A stretch of DNA of 64,000 bases from Eledone cirrhosa (GCA_964016885.1 OZ024741.1:294810001-294874000); one strand, 5' to 3'; positions 38,758 to 54,237 are shown, counted from the stretch's first letter. Notes: generated by a model not told the origin, from the sequence alone. Program-made: numbers and translations.

Positions 38758-40642
38758 TTATATATATATATATATATATATATATTAACACTTTTTCAGT
38801 CACTTTGTATGGCACACATACATGTAGTGCACTTATTCTAAGCTAGACATGTATGATAGAATAAAAAGCAGAAACTTGTCAGCAGCCCTCAGGATTTTTT
38901 CCTGCTTTAGCAGAAGAAAAATGACCTTAAAATGCTTGTTGTTTTTGTTTAGTTGCCCTAGGAATTAAAATTTTAGTAATACTAGAAAAAATCTAAAATT
39001 CATTACAGCTGTATTGTAATAATCCATAGAACACTACTTACTGGTGTTTCCATCTCTTTCATTGTCCATAAACAGATCCCTTTTTTTGTTGGAATTTTGT
39101 TCCCTAGAAACTCCTCAAGATCTTGTTTACCTTTTGACCATACAATTTTTGAAATCAGTAGCTTCTTATCTGATGTTTTTCTATGAGAATTCATTTTTTA
39201 TTGATTTAATGCTGGCTTCATTTTACAACAGATGTCACTTATATTAAGACAATAATTTTAATTAATATCACCATGTATTTTAATAAATGATTTCAAATGC
39301 ATTAACTAACATTGGCCTCAGTAATTTATAAGTACAAAATGTTTGTAAAATGTATGCAACTGCTACAATATCTAATATTACAAATCAAATAGTCTACTGC
39401 TGGTTAATCAATACATCTTTCTATTTTTATCATACTCCAAAATAATCGATTGGCAAAAAATGTCATGAGAATAGCACCATGTTTATGGAACTTTGGTAAA
39501 TGTGTGGCTATTTGAAAATATGCAGATTCATTGATATATTAAATGTTGTCTCTGGAAAATTTATTTTTATTTTTAAAATCCAGAATGCATATAAATGAAG
39601 ATGTGTGTGAATTTATATTTGGTTATTAATCAGACCGGTTGCCATTGTATCAGCATATTGGATTACTTGCTTTTTTTTTCCTTGACTTAGCTACAAAAAT
39701 AGTCAGCTTAATATAACAAAATATTTATGTAAAATTGTCTTGGTGGAATTAGTTAAATGGTGGCTTGACTGGATAAATATGGATGTTTGTAAAATTATGT
39801 TGCTAATAGTTTCAATCTACAGATAACACTAGATTTGTCAGTTTTTTTTTTCTGTAAATCTAGAACTGACTATTGTGTGTCTGGTACTAACTGGAAAGTC
39901 CTATTGGATAACAACTACAAAGTCTAAATGACAATAAAATGGTTCTTCCAGCATTTATATATATTTATTACAAGCAAACGTTTTCTGTTGATTACATTGG
40001 GGAAATGTTCTTGTCATGTTCTTATGACAGTGGCATCTCCTTTTCTTCTCATTTGTGGCATTTATAGACCTTTCCTTTACTTAATTATACAGTCAGATCT
40101 GCCTTCTTTATCCCTTCACCCTTTTTTTCATTATCTATATAATTATGAAAACTTAATAAATTATTTACAAAAGAAAAAAAAATTAAACATAAAGTTACGA
40201 TTAATTATATTAGTCGGAGTTCAGCTCTTTCACGTTCGGACCATATCCTCTATCTTCATGAAATAGGAAGAACATATCAGATAATGTAGTCCTAGGTAGA
40301 CTGTGACAGTAAATAAAACAGAGGAGGTCAAGGAAATTTGGGAATTCAAGTGCCTAAAGTTGATGAATGGATTAAATTTTATGAGGATGATGAAAAATGC
40401 ATTATATACTAAAGAAGGAAATATGACTTTGATGGGGGAGACTAGTCACATTGGTAGAATGATACATCTCCAATGCAACCTCATGTCAGTAGGTTCATAT
40501 GCAATTGATGTGACAAAAAAAGTGTTGTAGTTTAATTGAAACATCATGGAATATTTAGAAAACAGTTTTCTCTTGAGGCTACAACAATTCAGATCAAACT
40601 TTAAATATATAAATAACAATAACAGCGATATTCAAACATTAA

Positions 40643-41145
40643 TTCTTCTTCTTCTTCTTCTTCTTCTTCTTCTTCTTCTTCTTCTTCTTCTTCTTCTTCT
40701 TCTTTTTCTTTTTCTTTTTCTTCTTTTCTTTTTTCTTTTTCTTTTTCCTTTTCTTTTTTTTTTCTTTCTTTTTCTTGTTTTTCATATTTTTCTTGTTTTT
40801 CATTTTTTCTTTATCTTCTTTTTCTATTTTTTTTTCATGTTTTTTTTTCTTTTTTCTTTTTCTTTTTTATTTTCCTTTTTATCTTTTTCTTTTTTTGTCT
40901 TTTTTTTCCTTTTTCTGTCTTTTTTCTTCTTTTCTTCTTTTTTTCTTTTTTCCTCTTTTCTTTTTTCCTTCTTCAGTAGTTTTATGTCTCTTTTTCCATG
41001 CTGGTATGGATTGAATGATATTTTTGTGGGGCATAATTCTGTGGCTGGATGCCCTAACTGATGCCAACCCTGACTAATTTTTTCAAATAAATTGCAGGTT
41101 TTGGCACTTCTAACTGCTGAGTAAGTGGGACCTCTGTATATGCTC
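40643..41145 (-). mobile_element. RTE-related 3' end with a ~330-bp expanded (GAA)n/A-rich tail
   Basis: Nearly pure C/T tract 40643-40975, then a body matching 30515-30690. Confidence 0.7.
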
Positions 41146-41330
41146 ATGATCTACCTTTGAGTCTGCTGCTAGTTGGTTTTGTCTGTAACATCTGTCTAGC
41201 AATTCTCATCATATGTACTCAAAACTCAATTATCAAAATGATCTTTTACTCTTCAGTACTTTATTTAAAATCATTTTGGTATCCACTTATTTTCGATATT
41301 TATTGCCAATATCTTTTTTTCTTATTTGTA

Positions 41331-41393
<63 letters not shown>

Positions 41394-44087
41394 GTATATA
41401 TATACATATATATATTGTCTTTTATAGAAATATAATTTATCTAGATAAGTATTATATTGATATTTTAATTTTGTAATCATACAGAAAAATTCTATCCCTT
41501 TGGTTCCTCTCTTTTACCAACAACCAGCATGTAACTTTCATTGTTTCTCTCTTTCCTCTACCATCGTATCATCTTTCTCCTTTACATTCATATTCTACTC
41601 TCTTCTCTTTTAACCTCTTCACCTATAAAATTAAACACTTTTTGAACTTTTGCCTTGAGAAAATAATCAATGTAGCAAGGAAACATCTGTGGTGGGGCCA
41701 CAATAAAATGAACTCTGTAAAGTGGCCAACAATCAAATAGAGACTGCATAGGTTATAGAGAGCTTATTTGTTTTATTGAAGATATGACACCTTCTCTAAT
41801 TGTGCCATGATAAAATGTACTCTGTTCACTCTAAAACTGAAGAAGAACTGACTTGGACTATCAATATGTCTAGCCATGCCAGTTTGAAAAATGAACATAA
41901 AAGGATGATGATGATGATGATACAAATTAAAATCCACATTATAATTTCTTTTACATTCAACACTACCTTACTGCCCAATTTATCACAACTGCTAAAACAT
42001 TTTAATGAGATTGTATTAACAGATATAGTTTTTAGGTAAAGGAAATTCTTTGTGAGTAAGTATTACTTAAAAGCTTTGCGCTATTGTTATCTCATATTCT
42101 CCTGTTCATTGCTATTTCTCATCTTTTTAACATGTTTTAGGGATTATGAGAGAAAGTGTGTGAGAGAGAGAGAGAGAATGAGAGAGATTTATAAGACATA
42201 CTGAAAGCTACTTTAAAATGAATGATCACGGTTTGTTCAGAAAAATTAGTCCACTGTAAAGAATCCTTCTTTATGATATTAATCCCAAATTTTGACTATT
42301 GTCTTTTTTTTGTTTTTGTTCTGTTTTGTTAATTGGAAATTTGTAAGAACTATTTTCTATTGCCATGGAAACTGTTTACCACTTGAATGCATAGTAAAGT
42401 ATCTCTTAAAAATGCTTTGATTTTTAATATCTTTTAGTTCTTTTTAAATCATAATCTTAGTCTTTGATTTTTCTTTTCTGCTTTCTTGTTTACATTGAGA
42501 TATATTGAAAATATTTCATGGATCAAACACTGCCTACCAAGCAAAATAATATTTTTCAAGTAATTGATTATGTATGCAAAATAAATCACAAGGGATTCTA
42601 CTCTAAACAACAGATGGTTGTTTTCTCTGATTATTATTGGGTCGGGCTTAGATTTGGCATTGTTTCATATAGAAATTTCTGTGGAAAATAGATGTTTATT
42701 GTTTATTATTTATTTAGTTTTACTCATTTAATTTTACTGCAAGAAGAAGCAAATGTTCTCTTTTGTTTGTTTTTGTTTTTTTTCTATAGATTTAGTCTGT
42801 GTGCTTGTTGATGTGTCTGTATCTGGTTTAGAATATCTCTGCATGCCATAAGAGGCATCTAAAAGGTAAACAACCTTAAAATATTACCTCCAAAAGGACC
42901 GCATGATGTAGATGAAACCTGTCTTGGGGTCAACAAGGTTAATTCTTGTTTTACCAAAGGAAATGGCCTTAAATACTTGTTGTTGTGTTATTGTATTTTT
43001 CATGAAGATAAAGTGATATTGTTTTGTACAGAATATTGAATACCTATCTTATTAAACACTCTTAGAGTTCAATTTACTGTTCAATTGTGACTTATATACT
43101 TGTGTATAGTTTCCATCTTTTCCCACAAAACTGTGCCAGGGAACAAAATCTCAATTCTAAATATATGGTACATTCTAACTGTTGCATGAAAAATGGAAAT
43201 GCAATGTATTTACCAGTGCATATTACACATGAGTATGTACAGTATATATGGTTGTCATTGAGGTTATCTTTCTGTAGATGTCAGCAAGGTGTTAAAGGCT
43301 ATGCTTAAAAGTTCCAATTCATGGCAGTTTTTGTAGCAACAATCTTCTTTAGACATAATTATCACCAGTGGAAATATATCATGCAGAATTCTACTCCAGT
43401 TTGTCCCATAGTTCTTACTTTCTTTTTATCTAATAACATCTTTAACATACACCGTGTTTTATTGGAACTACTCCTTACAAGATAATAGGATAGGTGTTAT
43501 TATTCAGAACCAATTGTATAAGGTATTGATCTTAGTTGAAATGCCTCTGGATGTCGTCTTGAAAATCATTTTTATGTAGTATTAAGAATTAGAATAATTT
43601 AAGAATAATTTTATTTACTACCATAGTGCTTCAGAAAATCATTAAAAGGTGAGCTATAATAAAGGCATAACCTGAATGCTTATCCTGTGTTGAAGCTCAC
43701 CTTTCTTTTCATTATTTTAGTGTTTTAGTAAGTGCTAGAGATTTGGACATAAATATCATCCACTGGTTAAGAAATTTGCTTCACAAAATAAAATCACAGA
43801 TTTTTTATGCCATCGTGTGGTGTCTTTTACCATTGCCTCGGTGTTGATACAAGCTTTGTAAATGAAATTGGGTAGATGGAAACTCTATGGAAACCCATTA
43901 GATGCATCTTATCTGTAAGTTGCAGCTTTATAACACCCTCTTACTATGATTCTACCTGGGGATTACATTAATTGTACTAGTGTCCCTGAAATATTCTGCC
44001 ACATTATAATTCAATAAGTAGGGAGCATCATTGATTAAATACTGAAACATTCCTTGTTGAAATTGATGCCATTTTACTCTTTGCTAC

Positions 44088-44124
<37 letters not shown>

Positions 44125-46494
44125 GACACAGACACACACACATACATACATACATACATACATACATACATACATACATACATACATAGTGAAAGAGTGA
44201 AGAATAGCATGGTCAACAGTACAAGAAGGGTTTTATTTACAATCCACAATATGGAGTATTCACAACCTCTAACTGGATTACCTATAACGGTAACTTGTTA
44301 TCCCTTATACATAAATACATACATACATACATACATGTGTGTGTGTGTGTGTGTGTGTAAAAACCTGACCATGGCACCAAGCAGTTTCAGCTTGTGTGCT
44401 TGGGATTTTACACATCTCTATACCCATTCTACATCTCCCCATGTATCGAGTACTCTTATGATTAGTGGTCTCCTCAGTCTCAACACTGCAGACTCTCTCT
44501 CTCTCTGTATATATATATATAATAATGTTTAACATCTATTATATATATATATATATATAATAGATGTTAAACAATGATTACATATATAGAGAGGTGTCTT
44601 TGTCCACTCTTTCCATCTCCAGGGGTACTTTACCTGATATATTCAATACATTCAATTATTAGTCATAGTTATCAACTATCAATATAGTTAGTAGTTTTGT
44701 GGCAACAGTATTTTGAAATGTATGTATGTATACATTTATCAATTCCACTTCAATGAACTGTGCCTCCCATTTAGGGAGTTAATGTCATGTCTAAAAGAAA
44801 ACTCAGTTATTATGTTCTTTTTTTGCAGTTGTTTTCTAGTTTTTGTTAAACTAGAAAAATTGTGAATATTTTTCCTCCATTTTTCACTTTACTCAGCAGC
44901 AGCCTACACCCTCCTTTATTTATCTAACCCACTACTAAGAAACTCATATAATCTCTATACCACTCATTAATACAGTTTAAATGTCTGTCAGCTAATATTC
45001 CTAATTTTGGAATATATCTTTGAAACATTCAATATGTTTTAATTTTATCTATATTGTTTCTAAATATACGTTTATATTCTGTACAAATATTGTTTTGTTT
45101 CTTTGTAGAAATTTTCCAGTGTATTATTATATTTAGTTTCACTTAGCTTGATCTCATTTCCATATTGCCTTTTAGAACTGAAATAGTTACAGAACCATCC
45201 ACATTTTTTATTCACTATTGTAATTGCATCTTCTATGAAGCCTAGTATTAATTGTATTGAACAACTATTCTGCCCCCCCCCCCTTGCCACTCCTTTGATA
45301 TATTTATCTTTTCTAAAGTATCTTCTTAGATTGCCAGTCCCCACCTCTCTTCTAGAAGGTAGTATAACTACATACATAATGTTTTTTACAACAATTTTCT
45401 TGTATTCTTTCTTTATTCTGATGTCATATACATAGATTTCACTTCTATCTCAAATATTATATTTCAATCACTTTCTTTATTTTGATGTCATACACATAGG
45501 TTTCACTTCTATTTTAAATATTATAATTCAATCTACATCAACATATGTTTCATAAAACAGCTTTAATTTTGTATGTGATTGCCAAAATTGTGTCACTTCT
45601 TTTTCATCAAATTTTGTACATTTAGTTCAATTTTGGTTTTTATTCAGTTGCTATACCCATATAAATTTGGGTTATGATAATGCTAACTTGTTTTAAACAA
45701 AATAAAAATAGAATAGAATATTGGATAATGAGGTAGAAAGCAAAAAGTGGGAAAAGAAGGAAATAAAAGAAAAGAATGACTGAAAGTTACATAAGCAATT
45801 TATAAGTCCAAACATTTTAGGATTTACCAATCAAGGAAGGTCTGTAGGGTAGGGGGAGGATTAAGAGAACTCAGAGATTTTCTTCCAGGTAGCTATTTAT
45901 TTTTTATTAAGTGTTAGAAATAAGTCAAGGAAAATATACCTCTGTATTTTGGAGGAATGTACTTTATTATTATATTCATATAAATTCTAGAGATTAAATA
46001 CCTAGTAACCAACCTCTAGAAAATATATAAAATATGTTTACATCATTGTTTTTATCTATATTTTGTAACTCTTAAACTTTGAAATAATATTTTGAAACTA
46101 GGTTAGATTTTGTGTATGTATGTTTTCTTTTACTGTAAGCTCACCCACTTCAAATGATAATTTGCATTGATGCTATTATAGCGAAGGTGTGTTGGAATAA
46201 GCTTTTTTCCATTACCTTGTTCACATATCTATGAAACTTTAGATTTTTTGGCAAGGCTAGAATGCAGTGAAATAAATAAATAAATAAATATAGTGAAATA
46301 ACTTCAACTACACACTGAAATTGAACTTACAATTTTTTAACACTAAATTTACAGTCTCCCAAAATCCTGTTTGAAGAGGTAAATTTGGACATTTTGTACC
46401 AGCAACCAAATGGTAATTATATATTGGGGTTCTTATTTTATGACATGACTACATACTGCTTGGATATGCTGAGAATATTTATCATATGGTGAGA

Positions 46495-46683
46495 AGGGTG
46501 GTAAACAGTAGAGCATGCTTTGCGACATAGTTATGTTTTGAGTTAAAATTCCGATGAGGTTAGCTTTACCTTCCATCCTTATGGGGTCAATACAATAAGA
46601 TACCAGTAATGCACTGGGGTCGATTTAATCGACTTTTCCCTCTCCTAAAATTGCTGGCCTTGTGCCAAAATCAGGAACAATTT
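46495..46683 (+). mobile_element. Family-B SINE
   Basis: CTTCCATCCTTATGGGGTCAATA...TACCAGTAATGCACTGGG...GGCCTTGTGCC. Confidence 0.8.
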
Positions 46684-47244
46684 TATGCTGAGAATTGAAC
46701 CTGTTATGATTTACTTGCTTGACCAGAGAGCTTGAGTTGGTAATAAAAACAATTAATGTTTTAATAGAACTATAACAATATCTATTGTGGTAATGGTGAT
46801 TGTGGCAGCATCAGTAATGCACTAAGATGGTCATAATAACAGTAAAACATTGTTTTCCATAAACATATCAATAATCTTTGAGAGTGTTGATGAAAGCAAT
46901 TATAATTAGTTCATAGTAAGTATTAAAGACACTAAAAATAAAAGTTGTTAAAGCAAGCATTTTATAACTTGTTATATATATAGCAACAAACAATCCATTA
47001 TCAACTTGATGTAGGTTTTTTCTTCCTAGCAACATACTTAAAGACAAAAAGTAATAAATACAACAGTGTTATATACTTCACCTTGTAACATTAGTCCAAC
47101 ACACGCACACACACATATATATTTACTATTCAAGTAATCTTAGATTTTCTAAGATAGGAAACAAAATATCAGCTTTACAAGGGAAGAAAAATAAGAAGAT
47201 ACAACATTTATTCTTCCAATATATATATATATATGTATAAGAGA

Positions 47245-47325
<81 letters not shown>

Positions 47326-47515
47326 CATACATACATACATACTCACTATGTACACATATACATACATATATATGTATATATATCAATCCAGATTTGTTGA
47401 CATTGATTCCCAGAAGCTTAGCTCTGCACCATGCCAGTCACTCATGTTACAATGATGAGCTTGCATTTATGTAGTTGTTTTCTTTTGACTTTCAAGGTAG
47501 TAATGATATCTTTCT

Positions 47516-47889
47516 TAACCCTTTTGATACCAACCTGCCAGAAATCACCAGAGTTCTACAAAAATAAAACTGTTATTTATCTGGCCGGAGTTGCAACCTA
47601 GATAGTATCAACAATGAAAATACCAATGGAAACATTGTTTCCTCAGTTCAATTTGATGAGTTCTCCTCCACTGGCTTAATCGAGTGAGGTCTGGTATCTT
47701 GTTGATCATTAAAAACAAAATCTATCTAAAAACCATCCATGATATGTTTATGCAAGGACCTTGAGTTATGCTCCAAACATCAGCTTTATAATTAGAAATT
47801 TATTTATTTCACTAAATCCCTCCAAATTGTTGATTATTATGAGTTATTTGAAAATCATTTCTTTAGAAATATAGCAACAAAAGTGTTAA
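47516..47889. mobile_element. Possible TTAA-flanked (piggyBac-like) MITE
   Basis: TTAA-CCCTTTTGATAC ... GCAACAAAAGTG-TTAA imperfect short TIRs. Confidence 0.4.
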
Positions 47890-48039
47890 CAAACTACATC
47901 GTCTTCAAATTAAAGCATGTTTTTAGACTTTAGGGGTAAACTCCTTAAAATATAAATTTGCTGTTTACGGCTCAAACATTTCATTCTATACTTATCACTC
48001 CATTATAGTTATTTGATCTCCATTATCAGTGTTGCATTG

Positions 48040-48260
48040 CTTATCACTGTTGTCTTGGTTACCACTGTTTTATAGATATTTAGTGTTACCACTGTAGTAT
48101 AAATATGCTCTGTTGGTCAGCTGTATAGTGTTAGTTACCTCTATAGAGTTTGTTGCCACCTTTATAGTGTTGGTATGTTGACTTGGTTATCACTGTTGTG
48201 TAGGTCTGTTTTGTTGTTTAACAGTCGTAGTTCTGTTCAATAACTACCACTGTATTATTT
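48040..48260. repeat. Degenerate minisatellite with a TTACCACTGT core
   Basis: The core recurs at irregular ~20-60 bp spacing; the same unit is at 49945-50145. Confidence 0.65.
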
Positions 48261-49239
48261 TTTGAAACCTTAACATTACACCAGACAAGGCCCATAGTTC
48301 ACTTCTAGACAACTGATTATAGGAAAGATGAGTGGTGGCATTAATGCCACAAAAACTACATATGATCATCGTCAACATAGCTTTTACATTTCATTTTCAT
48401 GCTGGCATGGGTGAGGTAGAACATTCTAATGCAACTATATATTCTTCCTGATGCCAACCCTGTTTGTCATCTCATGACATGCAGGGATATGGTGTGTCTA
48501 TTATAAAATGAAAAACTGTGGCATTGATGTTTATCAACACTTAAGATAGACAATAAAGGGTAATCATAAAATAATTGTTAAAAGACATAAATGAAATACA
48601 ATGAGATGGTGATAAAAGAATCGGTGACAATAGAATATTGTTAATGAAAGGACAATAAAGGAGATGAAATGTGATGATGATAGTAGAACTGATGAAAACA
48701 TTAAAATGATAGAAATTGGTAACATTAACCTTGAATTTAAAGAGATCAAAGTCATGTTATACAGGAAAACAATGAGTAAAGAATTTATTCCATAATTTAG
48801 CTGTTTAGGGTTTAAAACCTTTGTGTATGGAACTTGCAGCATGTATGTAAGCTATTCAGGGAGTACAGATGCAATTCACTCCATTTGACAAACTATATTC
48901 TAATTGTAAAATTCTTGGACTGGTGGGGGCTGAGGAATGAAGCTTATTTGAACACCTTAGGAGGAGGAGGAGGAGGAGTTGATCATCAGGTCAGACCAAA
49001 GTAACAATGTTTCCATATATCTTTCTATTGCTAATGATAGCTGCCACCTGCAACTCTTGACAGAAAGAGATGGCATTTGAACTCACAAAAAACAGCACCA
49101 AATGAGATACTGCAATGTATACAATTAAACCTTTTTTAAAATTCCACTCCCCCCACCTCCTGAACTTCTTGTTGGCAACAAATATAATGCATGTAGAAGT
49201 CTCACCTCAAATCAGGTGCAAATTTAAGACCTAAGAGGC

Positions 49240-49945
49240 TATCTATACAAAGGAATTTCTTTCCTCAGCAATTTCATGATGATGGTGAAAAGATACTGAA
49301 TTAGTCTTGGAAACATTAAATGTAATATGCCATTTGCTTTCCCATTGCATGATTTCAATTAGATCACATTGCATGATCTCAGTTATGTCACAGAAAATGT
49401 CTGCTGCTAGTTCAAAGTAGTGCATTTCAGAGCAACAGCACATTCTAGAGCAAACCAATGTTGAGATGATAGGCTTTTGATGGTATATATGTGGTAGATA
49501 ATTATCAATCCCAATCAGGACACATTCAGCAATCAAATATGTAACTCTGATGCTCTAGATGTGAAAAACTATTCAAGTGAGTCATCAGCCAGGAAAGGAC
49601 AGAATAATTTGCTATCTGTTTCAGAGTACACTGATGGAATGGCATAAAATATTTTTACTCAGTACACCAACAGGCAACTATGAGCAAATAGTTCTGATCC
49701 ACTAAGTAGAAATACCACAGCTGCAGCCAAAGATTAGGACATGTAGTCAGGAAGAGATGTAGCAGATTAGGATTTTGATTACCGACATCTGGAACATGAG
49801 TTAGAGAATCAATAATTTTAGTTAGTTTGTATTGATATGCCATGGAGAAATCATAACAGTATCTGCCATCAATGCCTGTTTTATTGCATATAATCAGTCT
49901 TTACAGTGGACGTTGAAGTTTCCACTGATAATGGATATCAGCAGT
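49240..49945 (-). mobile_element. CR1/L2-group LINE remnant, internally deleted
   Basis: APE-like ISGNFNVH..., LTKIIDSLTHVP...LLHLFLT and RT-thumb-like QWESKWHITFNVSKT only ~600 bp apart. Confidence 0.65.
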
Positions 49946-50145
49946 TGGTTACCACTGTATTCTAAGTATGTTATGTTGGTTACCACTGTGGTTGTAGGTA
50001 TGTTGTCTGAGTGACCACTGTTTGTAGGTCTGTTGCCTTGGTTACCACTGTATTTTATGTATGTTATGTTGGGTACCACTGTATTTGATGTATGTTATGT
50101 TGGTTACCACTATTGTAGACCTATTCAATTTGTTACCACAGTATA
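49945..50145. repeat. Minisatellite (~30-bp GGTTACCACTGTATT...GTATGTTATGTT units)
   Basis: About seven degenerate units visible. Confidence 0.8.
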
Positions 50146-52133
50146 TATAAATCTATCCTTTTGGATAACTACTGCATTATCCCCTATCATTATTATATTT
50201 TTAATGCTCAAATCCCGCCAAGGTTAACTTTACCTTTCATCCTTACGGGGTCGATAAAATAAAGTACCAGTAATGTACTAGGTAATTGCTGGCCTTGTGC
50301 CAAAATGTAGAAACAATTATTATATTTTTAATGGAAGACATTGCCTATCATTTTCATATAATTTTGAAAATAATGAAGAATGTGGATAAATTTAATACCA
50401 CTTATTTTCTCATTTTTAAACTGATGTTGGAGGATAACTTCACAAAGGCACTTACATGGAATTATGATGGAAAGGTTTTAGATAAATATTAACATTTTAC
50501 ATCAAACAGATTTGAACTGTAGAACCAGAAGCAGTTTCCAATGACTTGGTATCTAAAAAGTGATAGGTCTGTTCAAGTAGTGTTTACTAATATTATTCAG
50601 CAGCAACTTATAAAATTGATTATGTTTTCAAAACCAACTACCAACTTGTCAGTATTGAAACAATACTTTTTTTTATAACAAATTTATATGTGAAATAAAT
50701 CTTTTTAATTAGTTTTTAATATGTGGATCAGTTATTGATGTTTTCTATTGAGTGAAATTTTGGTTTAGAGTTGCTTAATATTTGAAGAAGTCATTAGAAT
50801 GTCAGATAGAATGCTTTGCAGTATTTATTCTGGTTCTCTGTTCTCTAAGTTCAAATCCTGCCAAGGTCAACTTTGCCTTTTATCAATTCGGGGTCAATAA
50901 AAATAGTACCAGTCTAGTACTGAGGTCAATTCTTCGTCTATATCTCTGTATCACTTCCTCTCTTTCACTTTCTATCTTTCCCTGGGAGAAATCTACTGTA
51001 CTCAGACCTTGAGAGAAGATGGGCTCCACCAGATTTCAATAAGGCACTCCTACAATTCCACTAGGAGTTTTGTTTTCTTTACTTATTAATTAATGTATAA
51101 TTATTTATCTTGCTCGAATCACACATTTCTTCATTAAAACCATAATCCATATATCTGTGTGTATATATATCATTTGTCTTTAAATATACTCATGCTATAT
51201 TTACATTTAGCTGAAAATATTTTACTATTTTATATCAATCTTTTTTATATTACCATAGATAAATTTGATCACTAGTATATTCCAATTGAATTTGTTTTGT
51301 TATTATAGCTCATATTTACATATGTTTAGCTGACCTTCTGTGAGGGTGAATCTCATTAGATGTTGTTTTAGGGTTTCAGTGATAAGTAATAGTCATATCA
51401 TGTCATCATTTTTCTGATAAGAGAAGATAAGATTTGAACTCAAAACACATACAGTTAGAACAGATGCTGCAAGGCATCCATCCTATAATTCTGCTAATAC
51501 ACTGCCCTAGACTAGCATTTTATTTATTATCTTTGAAAGGACAAAAGGCTTAACTGACTTCAGATGGATTTGAACTCAAAATAGTTAGTTTAATACCATT
51601 AAAACTCTACTAATTTTCCAGCTTTCAACAGAATTTGAACCAATAATAAATTAGCAAACTAAATACAGCAGTGTATAAAATATATATTCGTGTATAAGAT
51701 GCACCATTTCCCATAATGTGATAAACAAGTATGGGATGTATTTACCAGAGCTGCAAAATTTCAATTCAAAATATTTGGTACATTGTAAATGCTGTTTATA
51801 AAATGGGGGTGTGGCTTACCTACTGGTGTGACTTAAATAAAGTACATGGTACTTTGACATTTTAGTGTCTTAACCATGACCATCTCCCCACCCTTCAAAT
51901 GGAATATAAGGAACAATATGATTACTAATATAATTTGTAGAAGTAATTTCGAAATGTCAAGTCTGATAAACAGGAAAGGCCCAGCAAATAGAAAATATCT
52001 TGTAAACATCTTGAAGAAGCTGATCATAAGGATGACATAGAAATACAACAAAATTCAACTTCAAAGAATTTTTTTTTCCTTTGAGATGTCTTCCACAAAA
52101 TGTTCATTTAATTAAAAATAACGATGTTCTAGA

Positions 52134-52260
52134 ATAAAAGAAAAAAAAAGAAAAAAGAAAAAAGAAAAAAGAAAAAAGAAAAAAGAAAAAAGAAAAAAGA
52201 AAAAAGAAAAAAGAAAAAAGAAAAAAGAAAAAAGAAAAAAGAAAAAATAAAAAAGAAAAA
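52134..52260. repeat. (GAAAAAA)n heptamer microsatellite
   Basis: Direct reading. Confidence 0.95.
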
Positions 52261-52516
52261 TTGAATACAAATTTTACAGAAAGATAAAAAAAAAAAGATA
52301 CTATAATCACATGTATACAAATATTTTAGCTACAAGAATTGATGCATATTATGTCATCAGAATCCATATGTTGATCCTGGGCAATGTACCTTTCAATAGC
52401 ACTCTCTCTCTCTCTTTCTATCTTCTATTATCTTTACATGTCCCATATGTTTGCAGTTTCGTTCTGGACTTAACACTACTCTCTATAATTATGCACACAT
52501 ATGCTATAGATGAAGG

Positions 52517-52552
<36 letters not shown>

Positions 52553-54048
52553 GTCATGTGCTTATAGACCATGACCATGGAGCATTCTTGCACAAATGGA
52601 TTTATATAAATATATATTCATGTCATATATGCACAAATGCAGGGGTTCAAATAAGCAAGCATATGCATCTTCCTGTGAATGTATGCCAAAAAATGTATAT
52701 TATGCATATATATAGATATGCAAATTAAAATATTTCCATGCTTGCATATACATGCTCTAGATAATTGATTTGGATATTACACACACACACACAAGTATAA
52801 ATAATCTGCACAGAAAAATACACCCACCCACACATGCATCACAATTTTATCTTCCTCCACATCTCTCTCTCTCTCAACACACACAGACATATACAAATAT
52901 ATGCACATATTGTAGAGGTGCATGGTGAAAATTTCTCTTCTATTTATTAAACCGTATCACCTGTCAGTTACCATTTGTTTCTCCTCTTTCTATCCCTGAT
53001 TTCTCTGTAAGACTAACTGACTGGTTATTCTCTTAGTTTGCTTTCTACCCATTGTTCCTGCATTCACTCACATCAACTATCCCTTTTCCTCACTTTCATT
53101 TGTGTTGTGATAGCACCAAACACTTGTTATAATTTCTCCACTATGCTAACCTTGTTCGAAGCTATTCCGGACACTTAAATTCATATAACTAGCATATACA
53201 AACAAAGACATACATAGCCATACACATACATACAAACATATATAAATACATACATACATACATTCATGCATGCATACATATATACATACATAAACACATA
53301 TACCTGTATGCATACATACAAAGCTATACACATACATACATACATATATAAATACATACATACATGCATATATATATATATATACAGGCATACATATATA
53401 CGGGCTTGTATATATATATATACATACATACATTGACAAAAGCAGAAACAGATAGAGTTCTTCCTTCTTCTAAATGATGCTACTATCAAAAGCATCAGCA
53501 CTACCAATTTTTATATGAAAGGCTACTTTTACTGAAGCCACTTGATGCTTCTCTTCTCCTTCTTTCTTTCATTCTCATTCTATACTTTCATTATGTGTTT
53601 TGTGTAGTCTCTCATCTCATCGCTCTCTTTCACACAGACATGCATACATACATTCCATACACATACATACATACACATATATACACACACATACATAGTC
53701 TTCCCATCAGTCCTTTTCTTTCCCTCTTCATTACACATTGTATACACTTTCTTTCCATCTTTCATACAGTCTCTTTCTCTGACTTTAACTCCCCCCCCCA
53801 CACTTTAATATCTTTCTTTCGATATTCTGGCAACATTCTTTCATTTGTTTTCTGTCTCTTCTCTTTCCTTTGCTATTACATTCTCTCTAAGTGTGAGCGT
53901 AAACTAATCTCTTCAAAGTAGAGTCCACTGCAAATCTTTATGTAATATAAGCAACTCAGCGATTCCCTCCTCTCATTATACATGTGCATCCACACCGATT
54001 GTGTCATGAAAGCTAACACACATACTGAGGAAAGACTGTTATAACTGT

Positions 54049-54093
<45 letters not shown>

Positions 54094-54205
54094 ACAAAAT
54101 TATAGAATATATATTTACATAACAAAATTATAGATACATATATATATATATATATATACACACACATAAGTATAAACATATATATTTGCTCTTCCCACTT
54201 AGAAT

Positions 54206-54237
<32 letters not shown>

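Noticed and set aside
40214-40275. Minus-strand ATGAAGA...GAAA hammerhead-like string
   Set aside because: C3 missing, no valid UH site and poor helices.
40546-41147. 171-aa Leu/Phe-rich and Lys-rich ORFs
   Set aside because: Translations of the CTT/T-rich tract.
49945-50145. Repeat/spacer-like periodicity suggestive of CRISPR
   Set aside because: Eukaryotic context, degenerate units, inter-repeat sequences related to each other, and no cas genes; it is a minisatellite.
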